Origin: Microcystis aeruginosa NIES-843
GTDB lineage: Bacteria > Cyanobacteriota > Cyanobacteriia > Cyanobacteriales > Microcystaceae
DNA: 32,000 nucleotides
Direction of reading: 5' to 3'
NCBI RefSeq assembly: GCF_000010625.1
Contig: NC_010296.1
Coordinates: forward strand, 210,001 to 242,000
The translations under genes and the position numbers were made by a program. Under the pieces are notes generated by a model. That model was not told the DNA's origin. It searched no databases and saw only the letters and a list, made by a program, of their open reading frames with translations. This document shows positions 8,491-16,862 of the stretch, piece by piece; position 1 is the first letter of the stretch; every line of letters starts with the position of its first letter.

Positions 8491-10047
8491 ATGATCATTA
8501 AAAATAACCCCTATTATCGGGCTGTAATCGGCTTTTGGGTGGCTTTCCTTGTGTTTTGGGGTTTTGGGAGTTTCTCACCCCTTCTTGCCCAAGCGAAAGA
8601 GCAATCAGCCGATGTACAATCGATTACCCCCTACCTTAAGCAATTTCAACAAAAAATTACCGAATTTCGCCTCGACAACGGACTAAAATTCATTATCCTA
8701 GAAAATCGCGATGCCCCGGTTATTTCCTTTGTCACCTACGCGGATGTGGGAGGTGCCGATGAACCGGACGGTAAAACAGGAGTTGCCCACTTTTTGGAAC
8801 ATTTAGCCTTTAAAGGCACAAAAACCATCGGTACTAGCGATTATCTTAGCGAGAAAAAAGTCCTCGATCGCCTTGAAGCTATAGACAAAGAACTACAAGC
8901 GGCCAAAAAAGCGGGTAAAAGCGCAGAAGTGACCAAATTAACGGAAGAATTTCAAAAAACTAAGGCAGAGTCCGAGAAATTCGTCCAACGCAACGAATAC
9001 GGGCAAATCGTCGAAACTCAGGGAGGAGTCGGTTTAAATGCCACCACTTCCAGTGATGCAACTAGCTATTTTTACAGTTTCCCGTCGAATAAATTGGAAT
9101 TGTGGATGTCTTTGGAATCGGAAAGATTTTTAGAACCGGTGTTCCAACGGGAATTTTACAAAGAAAAAGACGTAATTCTGGAAGAAAGACGGATGCGGAC
9201 GGATAATAGCCCCTTGGGTCTATTAATCGAAGCTTTTCTCGATCAAGCTTATACTGTCCATCCCTACAAACGTCCCGTTATCGGCTACGATCGAGATATT
9301 CGCAATCTGGAACCCTCAGATATCCAAAACTTTTTCGATAAATTTTATGCTGCCAGTAATTTAACCATAGCTATCGCCGGGGATGTGGACCCAGAACAGG
9401 TCAAACAGTTAGCTAAGGTTTATTTTGGTCGTTTTCCCGCTAAACCGAAACCCCCACAGGTGACGGTAGTGGAACCGGACCAAACCAAAACAAAGGAAAT
9501 TACCCTAAAATTAGCCTCGCAGCCTTGGTATTTAGAAGGATACCATCGTCCCGCCCTCAATCATCCCGATCATGCGGTTTACGAGGTTATCGCCACTTTA
9601 ATGAGTGAAGGAAGAACTTCGCGACTGTATAAAGCTTTAGTGGAGGACAAACAACTTGCCCTCGCTGCCCAGGGATTTAACGGCTTTCCGGGAGATAAAT
9701 ACCCGAATTTGCTGTTATTCTATGCTCTTACCGCTCCTAATGCCAGTGTGGAGGAAGTAGCGCAGGGTTTGAATTTGGAGTTGGAAAGATTGAAAAATGA
9801 ACCGGTTTCGGAACAGGAATTAGAACGGGTTAAAAATCAACTACGGGCAGCCCTATTAAGAGGTCTTGATTCTAACATGGGCATGGCGCGATCCTTGATT
9901 GAATACGAGGTAAAAACCGGCGATTGGCGTAATTTATTCGCCCAATTAGATGCTTATAATGCTGTCACCGCAGCTGATATTCAACGGGTGGCTAAAGAGA
10001 CTTTTACCCCCGAAAATCGCACTATTGGCCGAATTTTACCGAAATAG
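8491..10047 (+). CDS. M16 (pitrilysin/insulinase) family zinc peptidase, catalytic type, with N-terminal signal/anchor
   Basis: Inverted zinc motif HFLEH (HxxEH) followed by LAFKGT. Hydrophobic N-terminus. Confidence 0.85.
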   Translation: MIIKNNPYYRAVIGFWVAFLVFWGFGSFSPLLAQAKEQSADVQSITPYLKQFQQKITEFRLDNGLKFIILENRDAPVISFVTYADVGGADEPDGKTGVAHFLEHLAFKGTKTIGTSDYLSEKKVLDRLEAIDKELQAAKKAGKSAEVTKLTEEFQKTKAESEKFVQRNEYGQIVETQGGVGLNATTSSDATSYFYSFPSNKLELWMSLESERFLEPVFQREFYKEKDVILEERRMRTDNSPLGLLIEAFLDQAYTVHPYKRPVIGYDRDIRNLEPSDIQNFFDKFYAASNLTIAIAGDVDPEQVKQLAKVYFGRFPAKPKPPQVTVVEPDQTKTKEITLKLASQPWYLEGYHRPALNHPDHAVYEVIATLMSEGRTSRLYKALVEDKQLALAAQGFNGFPGDKYPNLLLFYALTAPNASVEEVAQGLNLELERLKNEPVSEQELERVKNQLRAALLRGLDSNMGMARSLIEYEVKTGDWRNLFAQLDAYNAVTAADIQRVAKETFTPENRTIGRILPK

Positions 10048-10052
10048 AGAGA

Positions 10053-10243
10053 TGGGGAGATAGGGAAGTGGGGAAATGGGGGAAGTGGGGAAGTGGGGAA
10101 GTGGGGGAAGTGGGGAAGTGGGCGAATTTCAACTAAAACCCCATCACCCCCCGCAACGCGCACGCAGTGACCACCCCAACACCCCAACACCCTAAAACCC
10201 CAACACCCTAAAACCCTAACACCCTAACACCCAAAACCTAAAA
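10053..10243. repeat. G-rich octamer array (GGGGAAGT-like, ~10053-10127) followed by C-rich octamer array (CCCyAAmA, ~10171-10243)
   Basis: Read directly. Together they fill almost the whole gap between the two M16 genes. Confidence 0.85.
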
Positions 10244-10254
10244 TAAATATAATC

Positions 10255-11703
10255 ATGAAAAAACGCTTACAATGGCTAGGTTTAATCCTGATCACCCTGA
10301 TAGGTGTCCTAGCTTTTCGTTCCCCGGCAATTGCCCAAACCCCGCGACATTTTACCGATTTAACTTTTCCTCCTCTTCCTGAAGTGACAGTTCCCCAATA
10401 CGAACGTTATCAACTAGATAATGGTATGGTGGTTTATTTAGTGGAGGATCGGAGCTTACCTTTAGTGAGTGGTACGGCGATGATTCGGACAGGAGGGAGA
10501 TTAGAATCCGGGGAAAAAGTCGGATTAGCCGATATTACTGGAACCGTGCTGCGTAGTGGTGGCACGGAGAAACATCCTTCTAATGTCTTAAATCAGTTAT
10601 TAGAACAAAGAGCAGCCCTAGTAGAAACCTCGATCGATCTTAACGCTGGAACTGCTAGTTTTAGCGCTCTTAGTGAAGATTTAGAAGCAGTTTTTAATCT
10701 CTTTGCCGAGGTTTTGCGTTCCCCAGCTTTTGAAAGTCAGAGGGTAGAATTAGCCAAAGTTCAGGAAAAAGGCGCGATTGCCCGACGTAATGATGATCCT
10801 GATGATATTGCTAGTCGGGAGTTTAAAAAGCTAGTCTATGGTGATAATAGCCCCTACGCTCGTACTGTAGAATATAGCACTTTAGCTAATATTGACCGTC
10901 AGGATTTAATCGATTTTTATCGTACCTATGTCCGTCCCGACCAAATAATTTTAGGAATTGTCGGTGATTTTGATTCTCAGTCGATGAAAGCATTAATCAA
11001 TAAAACTTTTGGCGATTGGAAAAATCCCGCCACTGCCACTAAAATTGTCACCCCTTCTGCAACCCAAAAAAATCTTCAAGGTGTCTTTGTTGTCAATCAA
11101 CCCCAATTAACCCAGAGTAGCGTTTTATTAGGTCATCTTGGGGGTCGTTTGGATAGTCCAGACTATCCCGCTTTAACGGTATTGAATGAGATTTTAAGCG
11201 GTTTTGGTGGTCGTTTATTTAATGAAGTGCGTTCCCGTCAAGGATTAGCTTATTCTGTCTATGGTATCTGGAATAGTCGTTATGATTATCCCGGTTTATT
11301 TATTGCCGGAGGTCAAACTCGCACCGATGCCACCGTACCTTTTATTAAGGCAATTTTAGGCGAAATCGAGCGACTTCGCAATCAACCCGTTACTGCCAAA
11401 GAATTGGAAGATGCTAAAAATGCTATTCTCAATTCTTTTGTTTTTAAGTTTGAGAAACCTGCTCAAAATTTATCGCGATTGATGACCTATGAATACTATG
11501 GTTATCCCCAAGATTTTATCTTCCGTTATCAACAAGCGGTAAAAGGGGTGACAATTGCCGATATTCAACGAGTGGCCCAACAATATCTACAACCGAATCA
11601 AATTGTGACTCTTGTGGTGGGTAATGAACAGGAAATTCAACCTCCCTTATCCAGTTTGGGAACTACGGTTAAAACTGTTGATGTCACCATCACACAAATA
11701 TAA
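10255..11703 (+). CDS. M16 family peptidase homologue lacking HxxEH (probable non-catalytic partner subunit)
   Basis: Same domain length and layout as the upstream gene, signal-like N-terminus, no HxxEH at the equivalent position (GLADITGTVLRSGGT). Confidence 0.75.
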   Translation: MKKRLQWLGLILITLIGVLAFRSPAIAQTPRHFTDLTFPPLPEVTVPQYERYQLDNGMVVYLVEDRSLPLVSGTAMIRTGGRLESGEKVGLADITGTVLRSGGTEKHPSNVLNQLLEQRAALVETSIDLNAGTASFSALSEDLEAVFNLFAEVLRSPAFESQRVELAKVQEKGAIARRNDDPDDIASREFKKLVYGDNSPYARTVEYSTLANIDRQDLIDFYRTYVRPDQIILGIVGDFDSQSMKALINKTFGDWKNPATATKIVTPSATQKNLQGVFVVNQPQLTQSSVLLGHLGGRLDSPDYPALTVLNEILSGFGGRLFNEVRSRQGLAYSVYGIWNSRYDYPGLFIAGGQTRTDATVPFIKAILGEIERLRNQPVTAKELEDAKNAILNSFVFKFEKPAQNLSRLMTYEYYGYPQDFIFRYQQAVKGVTIADIQRVAQQYLQPNQIVTLVVGNEQEIQPPLSSLGTTVKTVDVTITQI

Positions 11704-11776
11704 ATAAATCTAGGTTGGATTGAGCTAAACTAGGTGAAATCCAACCTAGAAAAATGGGACAAATATAGCACGATAT

Positions 11777-12031
11777 ATGACTTTACAACTCACCATAAAT
11801 TATCCTGAAAAATTACCCGACTTTCTTCAAAAAACACGAGAGGAATTCGAGAGAGAAGCAACCTGGGCTATGGTAGTAAAACTCTTTGAGATGAAACGTA
11901 TTTCATCGGGTATGGCTGCCAATTTATTAGGAGTGGATAGGGTTAATTTTTTATTGAGATTGACCGATTTTGGCGTAGGGATGATTGACTTAACAGAAGA
12001 AGAACTATTATCAGACCTTGAAAATGCCTAA
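11777..12031 (+). CDS. UPF0175 family protein (putative antitoxin), apparently orphan
   Basis: 84 aa. The C-terminal half KRISSGMAANLLGVDRVNFLLRLTDFGV...LTEEELLSDLENA is typical of UPF0175. No intact PIN/DUF3368 partner follows. Confidence 0.6.
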   Translation: MTLQLTINYPEKLPDFLQKTREEFEREATWAMVVKLFEMKRISSGMAANLLGVDRVNFLLRLTDFGVGMIDLTEEELLSDLENA

Positions 12032-12381
12032 AGCTAAATTACAGCCCTTCTCATAAAAAAAAGTATAACCTAATTTGGTATTGACTCCTGACTGCTGACG
12101 ACCGACTCCCCAAAACGAAAACTTCCTATCTCACCATTGAGATAACTGCTGTAACTATTTTGAGATAACTAAGGCTATCATTCAGGAAAGTTACTGTTGA
12201 GACTCCTGATTAGTTTGTTAATTTTTGTGTTAAGTAGCTAGACAATTAAACCCTTTAGAGATAGGGTGATCGTAGCTGAGTTTGCTATTATATAGTTTTG
12301 TAAATAAATATCAAACTCAAGGGTTTTTGAAGATGGTATGTCGCTAAACTGAAAGTATAAAGTACAGAGGTAAAAATACTT

Positions 12382-14823
12382 ATGATGCTACTACAAGATG
12401 TTGCGAGAACCTCTAGAGAACAAGCATTAATTCTGTGGTTTGAAGAAGTAGACAGCAAAGACGTGGGATTAGTCGGTGGGAAAAACTCCTCATTAGGCGA
12501 AATGATCCAACAATTAACCCCGAAAGGGATTAATGTCCCCACAGGATTCGCCACCACCGCTTACGCTTACCGTCACTTTGTCGAAAAAGCCGGACTAGAC
12601 GCACAATTAAGACAAATTTTCCAAGATTTAGACGAAAACGATGTCCAAAACTTGCAAGAAAAAGGTAAACAAGCACGCACATTAATTCTCAATACACCGT
12701 TCCCCGATGATTTAAGTCATGCGATCGCTATTGCCTATCGCCGACTCTGTGAACGTTATGGCGATGATCTCTATCATTCCATAGATGTGGCCGTTCGCTC
12801 AAGCGCCACTGCCGAAGACTTACCAGAAGCGAGTTTTGCCGGACAACAGGAAACCTATCTCAACGTGCAAGGGGTAAGGGGAGTTTTAGAAGCTTGCCAT
12901 AAATGTTTTGCCTCTTTATTCACCGATCGCGCTATTTCCTACCGTCATCATAACGGTTTCGATCACTTTGCCGTCGCCCTTTCCGTCGGTGTCCAAAAAA
13001 TGGTGCGTTCAGATCTAGCCACCTCCGGGGTGATGTTTTCCATCGATACGGAAACAGGGTTCAAAAATGCCACTTTAATCACGGCAGCCTACGGTTTAGG
13101 GGAAAATGTCGTGCAAGGAGCCGTTAACCCCGACGAATATCTGGTTTTTAAACCCACTCTTAAAAACGGTTACAAACCCATCCTCGACAAACGCCTCGGC
13201 AGTAAAGCCATCAAGATGATCTACGATGATGGAGGATCGCGTCTAACCAAGAATATCCGAGTTAACAAGCTAGAACAGGATCAATTCTGCATTAGTGACC
13301 AAGAAATCCTCACTTTAGCCCGTTGGACGACCCAAATCGAGGAACATTACTCGCAAGTGCGCGGAACCTACACCCCCATGGACATCGAATGGGCAAAAGA
13401 TGGGATCACGGGAGAACTCTTTATCGTTCAGGCGCGTCCAGAAACCGTACAATCGCAAAAAGCAGCTAATATCCTTAAATCCTACGAAATTAAGCAAAGA
13501 AGTCAAGTTTTAGCGGTGGGACGGAGTGTAGGTGCGGCAATCGGTCAAGGAAAAGCCAGAGTCATCCTCAGTGTAGACAAAATCAACAACTTTAAACCGG
13601 GAGAAGTTCTCGTCACCAATCGCACGGATCCCGACTGGGAACCGATTATGAAACAAGCAAGCGCGATCGTTACTAATCAGGGTGGTCGTACTTGCCATGC
13701 CGCTATTATCGCACGAGAAATGGGCATTCCGGCGATCGTGGGTTGCAATAATGCCACGGAAACGATTAAAACCGGTCAGGAAGTCACCGTTTGCTGTGCG
13801 GAGGGGGATGAAGGGAAAGTTTACCTCGGATTGCTACCCTTTGAAATTATTGAAACTCCCCTGGACAATTTGCCCCAAACTCGGACAAAAATCCTCATGA
13901 ATATCGGTAATCCCGAAAAAGCCTTCGCTTTTGCCGATATTCCTGCTCAAGGGGTCGGTTTAGCGCGTCTAGAGTTTATTATCGCTAACCATATTCAGGC
14001 CCACCCCAGCGCCTTGCTGAAATTCCACGAATTGGAAGAAGGAGACGTAAAAGACCAAATCGCCGAATTAACCAAACACTACGAGGATAAACCCCAATTT
14101 TTCGTCGATAAATTGGCCCGGGGAATTGCCATGATTGCAGCCGCATTCTACCCCAAAGATGTAATTGTGCGGATGTCCGATTTTAAATCCAATGAATACG
14201 CTAATTTATTGGGTGGCAAACCCTTTGAACCCAAGGAAGAAAACCCGATGATCGGTTGGCGCGGCGCTTCCCGTTATACTGATCCTAATTATCGCGAGGC
14301 TTTCGCTTTGGAATGTCGGGCGCTGAAAATGGTACGGGAAGAAATGGGATTAACTAATGTGATTCCGATGATTCCTTTCTGTCGTACTCCCGAAGAAGGG
14401 ATGAGAGTCCTCGAAGAAATGGCGAAAAATGGTCTCGAACGCGGGGTTAATGGTTTGCAAGTTTATGTGATGTGTGAGTTACCAAGTAATGTAATTCTTG
14501 CCGACCAATTTGCTCAGGTGTTTGACGGATTTTCGATCGGTTCTAATGATTTGACCCAATTAACCTTAGGATTAGATCGGGATTCTGCCCTAGTTGCCCA
14601 TCTTTTTGATGAACGGAATGAGGGAGTTAAACGCATGGTGAAAATGGCCATTGAAACCGCTAAAGCCCAAAATCGCAAAATCGGTATCTGTGGTCAAGCT
14701 CCCAGTGATTATCCCGAATTTGCTCAATTTTTAGTGGAATTAGGCATCGATTCTATCAGTCTTAATCCTGATTCTGTCCTCAAGACTTTATTGATGGTGG
14801 CAGCAGTGGAGCAAGGACAATAG
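12382..14823 (+). CDS. ppsA: phosphoenolpyruvate synthase (pyruvate, water dikinase)
   Basis: 813 aa. N-terminal ATP-grasp (VGGKNSSLGEM), phosphohistidine swivel motif (GGRTCHAAIIAREMGIPAIVG), C-terminal PEP-utilising domain (GSNDLTQLTLG). Confidence 0.92.
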   Translation: MMLLQDVARTSREQALILWFEEVDSKDVGLVGGKNSSLGEMIQQLTPKGINVPTGFATTAYAYRHFVEKAGLDAQLRQIFQDLDENDVQNLQEKGKQARTLILNTPFPDDLSHAIAIAYRRLCERYGDDLYHSIDVAVRSSATAEDLPEASFAGQQETYLNVQGVRGVLEACHKCFASLFTDRAISYRHHNGFDHFAVALSVGVQKMVRSDLATSGVMFSIDTETGFKNATLITAAYGLGENVVQGAVNPDEYLVFKPTLKNGYKPILDKRLGSKAIKMIYDDGGSRLTKNIRVNKLEQDQFCISDQEILTLARWTTQIEEHYSQVRGTYTPMDIEWAKDGITGELFIVQARPETVQSQKAANILKSYEIKQRSQVLAVGRSVGAAIGQGKARVILSVDKINNFKPGEVLVTNRTDPDWEPIMKQASAIVTNQGGRTCHAAIIAREMGIPAIVGCNNATETIKTGQEVTVCCAEGDEGKVYLGLLPFEIIETPLDNLPQTRTKILMNIGNPEKAFAFADIPAQGVGLARLEFIIANHIQAHPSALLKFHELEEGDVKDQIAELTKHYEDKPQFFVDKLARGIAMIAAAFYPKDVIVRMSDFKSNEYANLLGGKPFEPKEENPMIGWRGASRYTDPNYREAFALECRALKMVREEMGLTNVIPMIPFCRTPEEGMRVLEEMAKNGLERGVNGLQVYVMCELPSNVILADQFAQVFDGFSIGSNDLTQLTLGLDRDSALVAHLFDERNEGVKRMVKMAIETAKAQNRKIGICGQAPSDYPEFAQFLVELGIDSISLNPDSVLKTLLMVAAVEQGQ

Positions 14824-14833
14824 TTTAGTGATA

Positions 14834-14860
14834 AAGGTGGGACTTGCCCACCTTTTTTTG
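14834..14860 (+). terminator. rho-independent terminator after ppsA
   Basis: AAGGTGGG-ACTTG-CCCACCTT followed by T7. Confidence 0.65.
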
Positions 14861-14967
14861 TACTAAGCCAACTAACTTCATCATACTGAAAATACATATA
14901 GCCCAATGGCTATTTTTTAGTTGTCTCTTAACAAAGATTAACTTTAAACTGCGATCAAGAGATAAAC

Positions 14968-15084
14968 TTAGATTTCGTCAGGATTAAGGCCTAATTCCCG
15001 CAGTTTATTGGCTAATCGTTCCGCTCGTTGTTTTTCCTGATTATAGCTAGTGAAAGCTTGTCCATCGGGATAAAAAAGCGACAT
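14968..15084 (-). pseudogene. 38-codon remnant resembling the C-terminal tail of cyanobacterial Uma2/DUF820-type proteins
   Basis: MSLFYPDGQAFTSYNQEKQRAERLANKLRELGLNPDEI. The ...ERLA..LRELG(I/L)(D/N)PD tail is recalled from that family. The ATG abuts a repeat element, suggesting truncation. Confidence 0.25.
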
Positions 15085-15088
15085 TTCC

Positions 15089-15166
15089 GGTTCGATCCCC
15101 CCTGCCCCCCTTGATAAGGGGGGTGCCGATCCCCCCTTAATCCCCCCTTAATCCCCCCTTGATAAG
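15089..15166. repeat. left part of MITE-like palindromic element, copy B (split by the IS4-family insertion)
   Basis: GGTTCGATCCCCCCTGCCCCCCTTGATAAGGGGGGTGCCGAT...CCCCCCTTGATAAG is collinear with the reverse complement of 27782-27897. Confidence 0.65.
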
Positions 15167-16753
15167 CTATCCATTAGTCGGATCTTTCTTAACAAAAAGA
15201 GAAGAAACTTAAAAAAAGGGGAAACGATTGATAGGTATAGTTTTGAAAGAAGGAATTAAGGTGGAGGTAAGCAAAAAAATGGAGAAATGGGCAGCCCAAG
15301 AATTACAGTATGCAGACCTAGGGGACACCAGAAGAAAGAAAAGGTTAATCAGTATCGTGGAAAACTTGGCCAGTCAACCTAGTACAAGTGTGCCACAAGC
15401 TTCAGGAAATCTAGCCGCAGCGAGTGCCACCTACGACTTTTGGAATTCCCCCTATTTTCACCCCTCAGATATAATTGCCGCCCAGGCCAAAAGTACAGTA
15501 GAAAGAATCAAAGAACATCCAATAGTTTTGGCAGTGCAAGACACAACAAGTTTAGACTTTACGACGCAAAAAGCCAAAAAAGGCATGGGTTATCTAGATT
15601 ATAAAAAATCCTTTGGTCTCAAAGTTCATACCACCTTAGGAGTGTCCCCAGTCGGAATACCTTTAGGACTGATTAATCAATATGTCTGGGCAAGAGAAGA
15701 AAAGAATTTAGGGATTGCCAAGCAACGCAAAAAAAGAGAAACCCAAGAAAAAGAAAGTCAAAGATGGTTAGATTCTTTGTCAGAAACACAACAACAGATA
15801 CCCGAAGATATTCAAGTAGTAACAATCGGAGATTGTGAGGCAGACATATTTGATTTATTTGCCCAATCAAGAAGTCCTAACTCTCATTTATTAATTCGAG
15901 GAACTCATAACCGAAAAGTTAACTATCTCGAAGACAAGCAAAGGTCAGGGCATTCAGAGCCTAAATATTTACATCAATCCATCAGAGAAATAAAAGCCTG
16001 TGGGACCTTAGATGTGCAAGTAAAACGCAATCCTAATCACGAGGCTAGACTAGCTAAACTAACAGTTAGATTTGCCAGTTTTGAAATACAAGTACCTAGC
16101 CATCACTCCAAGGCGACCCCTCGTCAACCGGTCAAATTACAGGTAATTTTAGCTGAAGAAGAAAATCCGCATAGCGGAGTTAATCCTATCAGTTGGCTGC
16201 TCTTAACTAGCCTAGACATTAGTAGCTTTGAATCAGCGATAACCTGTGTGCGCTGGTATAGTTATCGCTGGTTAATAGAACGCTATCATTTTGTTTTAAA
16301 AAGTGGTTGTGGATTAGAAAAACTGCAATTAGAAACGGGTAGGAGAATTGAGATGGCCTTAGCTACCTATTCAATTGTAGCTTGGAGATTACTTTGGTTA
16401 ACCTATCAAGCACGCTTACACGGAGAGGAGAGTTGTGAAAGTTTTTTGGAAGAACATGAATGGCAATCTTTGTGTGCCACTATTCATAAAAAGAGTCCGC
16501 CACCTGAAAAGCCGCCCTCCTTTCGAGAAGCGGTCAGAATGATTGCTTCTCTTGGGGGGTTTTTAGGTAGAAAAGGTGACGGTGAACCTGGTGTTAAAAC
16601 TATTTGGTTGGGACTGCGAAGGTTACATGATATCAGCCAGACTTGGAAACTATCTCATCAAATTAGTCCCCCTATAGAACCCCCTTGAGCCATCTGGCAC
16701 ACTTTTCTCTTTTTGTCAAATTTTATGTTAAGAAAGATGTGACTAATGGATAG
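15167..16753 (+). mobile_element. IS4-family insertion sequence (1587 bp) with ~28-bp imperfect IRs and a 9-bp target duplication CTTGATAAG
   Basis: Left end CTATCCATTAGTCGGATCTTTCTTAAC; reverse complement of the right end CTATCCATTAGTCACATCTTTCTTAAC. The direct repeat CTTGATAAG sits at 15158-15166 and 16754-16762. Confidence 0.85.
15279..16688 (+). CDS. IS4-family DDE transposase
   Basis: Tn5/IS4-like N-terminus (ADLGDTRRKKRL) and an exact Y-x2-R-x3-E-x6-K signature (YSYRWLIERYHFVLK). ATG at 15279 follows GGTGGAGG; the track ORF starts at an upstream TTG. Confidence 0.85.
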   Translation: MEKWAAQELQYADLGDTRRKKRLISIVENLASQPSTSVPQASGNLAAASATYDFWNSPYFHPSDIIAAQAKSTVERIKEHPIVLAVQDTTSLDFTTQKAKKGMGYLDYKKSFGLKVHTTLGVSPVGIPLGLINQYVWAREEKNLGIAKQRKKRETQEKESQRWLDSLSETQQQIPEDIQVVTIGDCEADIFDLFAQSRSPNSHLLIRGTHNRKVNYLEDKQRSGHSEPKYLHQSIREIKACGTLDVQVKRNPNHEARLAKLTVRFASFEIQVPSHHSKATPRQPVKLQVILAEEENPHSGVNPISWLLLTSLDISSFESAITCVRWYSYRWLIERYHFVLKSGCGLEKLQLETGRRIEMALATYSIVAWRLLWLTYQARLHGEESCESFLEEHEWQSLCATIHKKSPPPEKPPSFREAVRMIASLGGFLGRKGDGEPGVKTIWLGLRRLHDISQTWKLSHQISPPIEPP

Positions 16754-16800
16754 CTTGATAAGGGGGGTGTCTGATAATTTTTAACGCCTACCTACTTATA
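16754..16800. repeat. right part of MITE-like element, copy B (includes the 9-bp TSD)
   Basis: CTTGATAAGGGGGGTGTCTGATAATTTTTAACGCCTACCTACTTATA matches the tail of copies A and C. Confidence 0.65.
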
Positions 16801-16862
16801 AGCCAATAACACCACTCTAAAGGGGTCTAGTATAATTAGAAGAGGTTGATCAAAGGGGGTTT

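Noticed and set aside
9981-10190. 69-aa minus-strand ORF (PHFPHFP...-type sequence)
   Set aside because: It is simply the translation of the octamer tandem repeats and overlaps the 3' end of the peptidase gene.
12024-12056. 10-codon ORF (MPKAKLQPFS) overlapping the UPF0175 stop, possibly the stump of a lost PIN/DUF3368 toxin, followed by TGACTCC-type heptamers at about 12084-12111
   Set aside because: It is too short to assign to any family. It is noted only as weak support for the antitoxin being orphaned.
15089-15100. GGTTCGATCC resembling a tRNA T-arm; possible tRNA or tRNA-derived SINE
   Set aside because: No acceptor, D or anticodon arms can be folded around it. The motif is part of the repeat family and varies between copies (GCCTCTGATCC in copy A).
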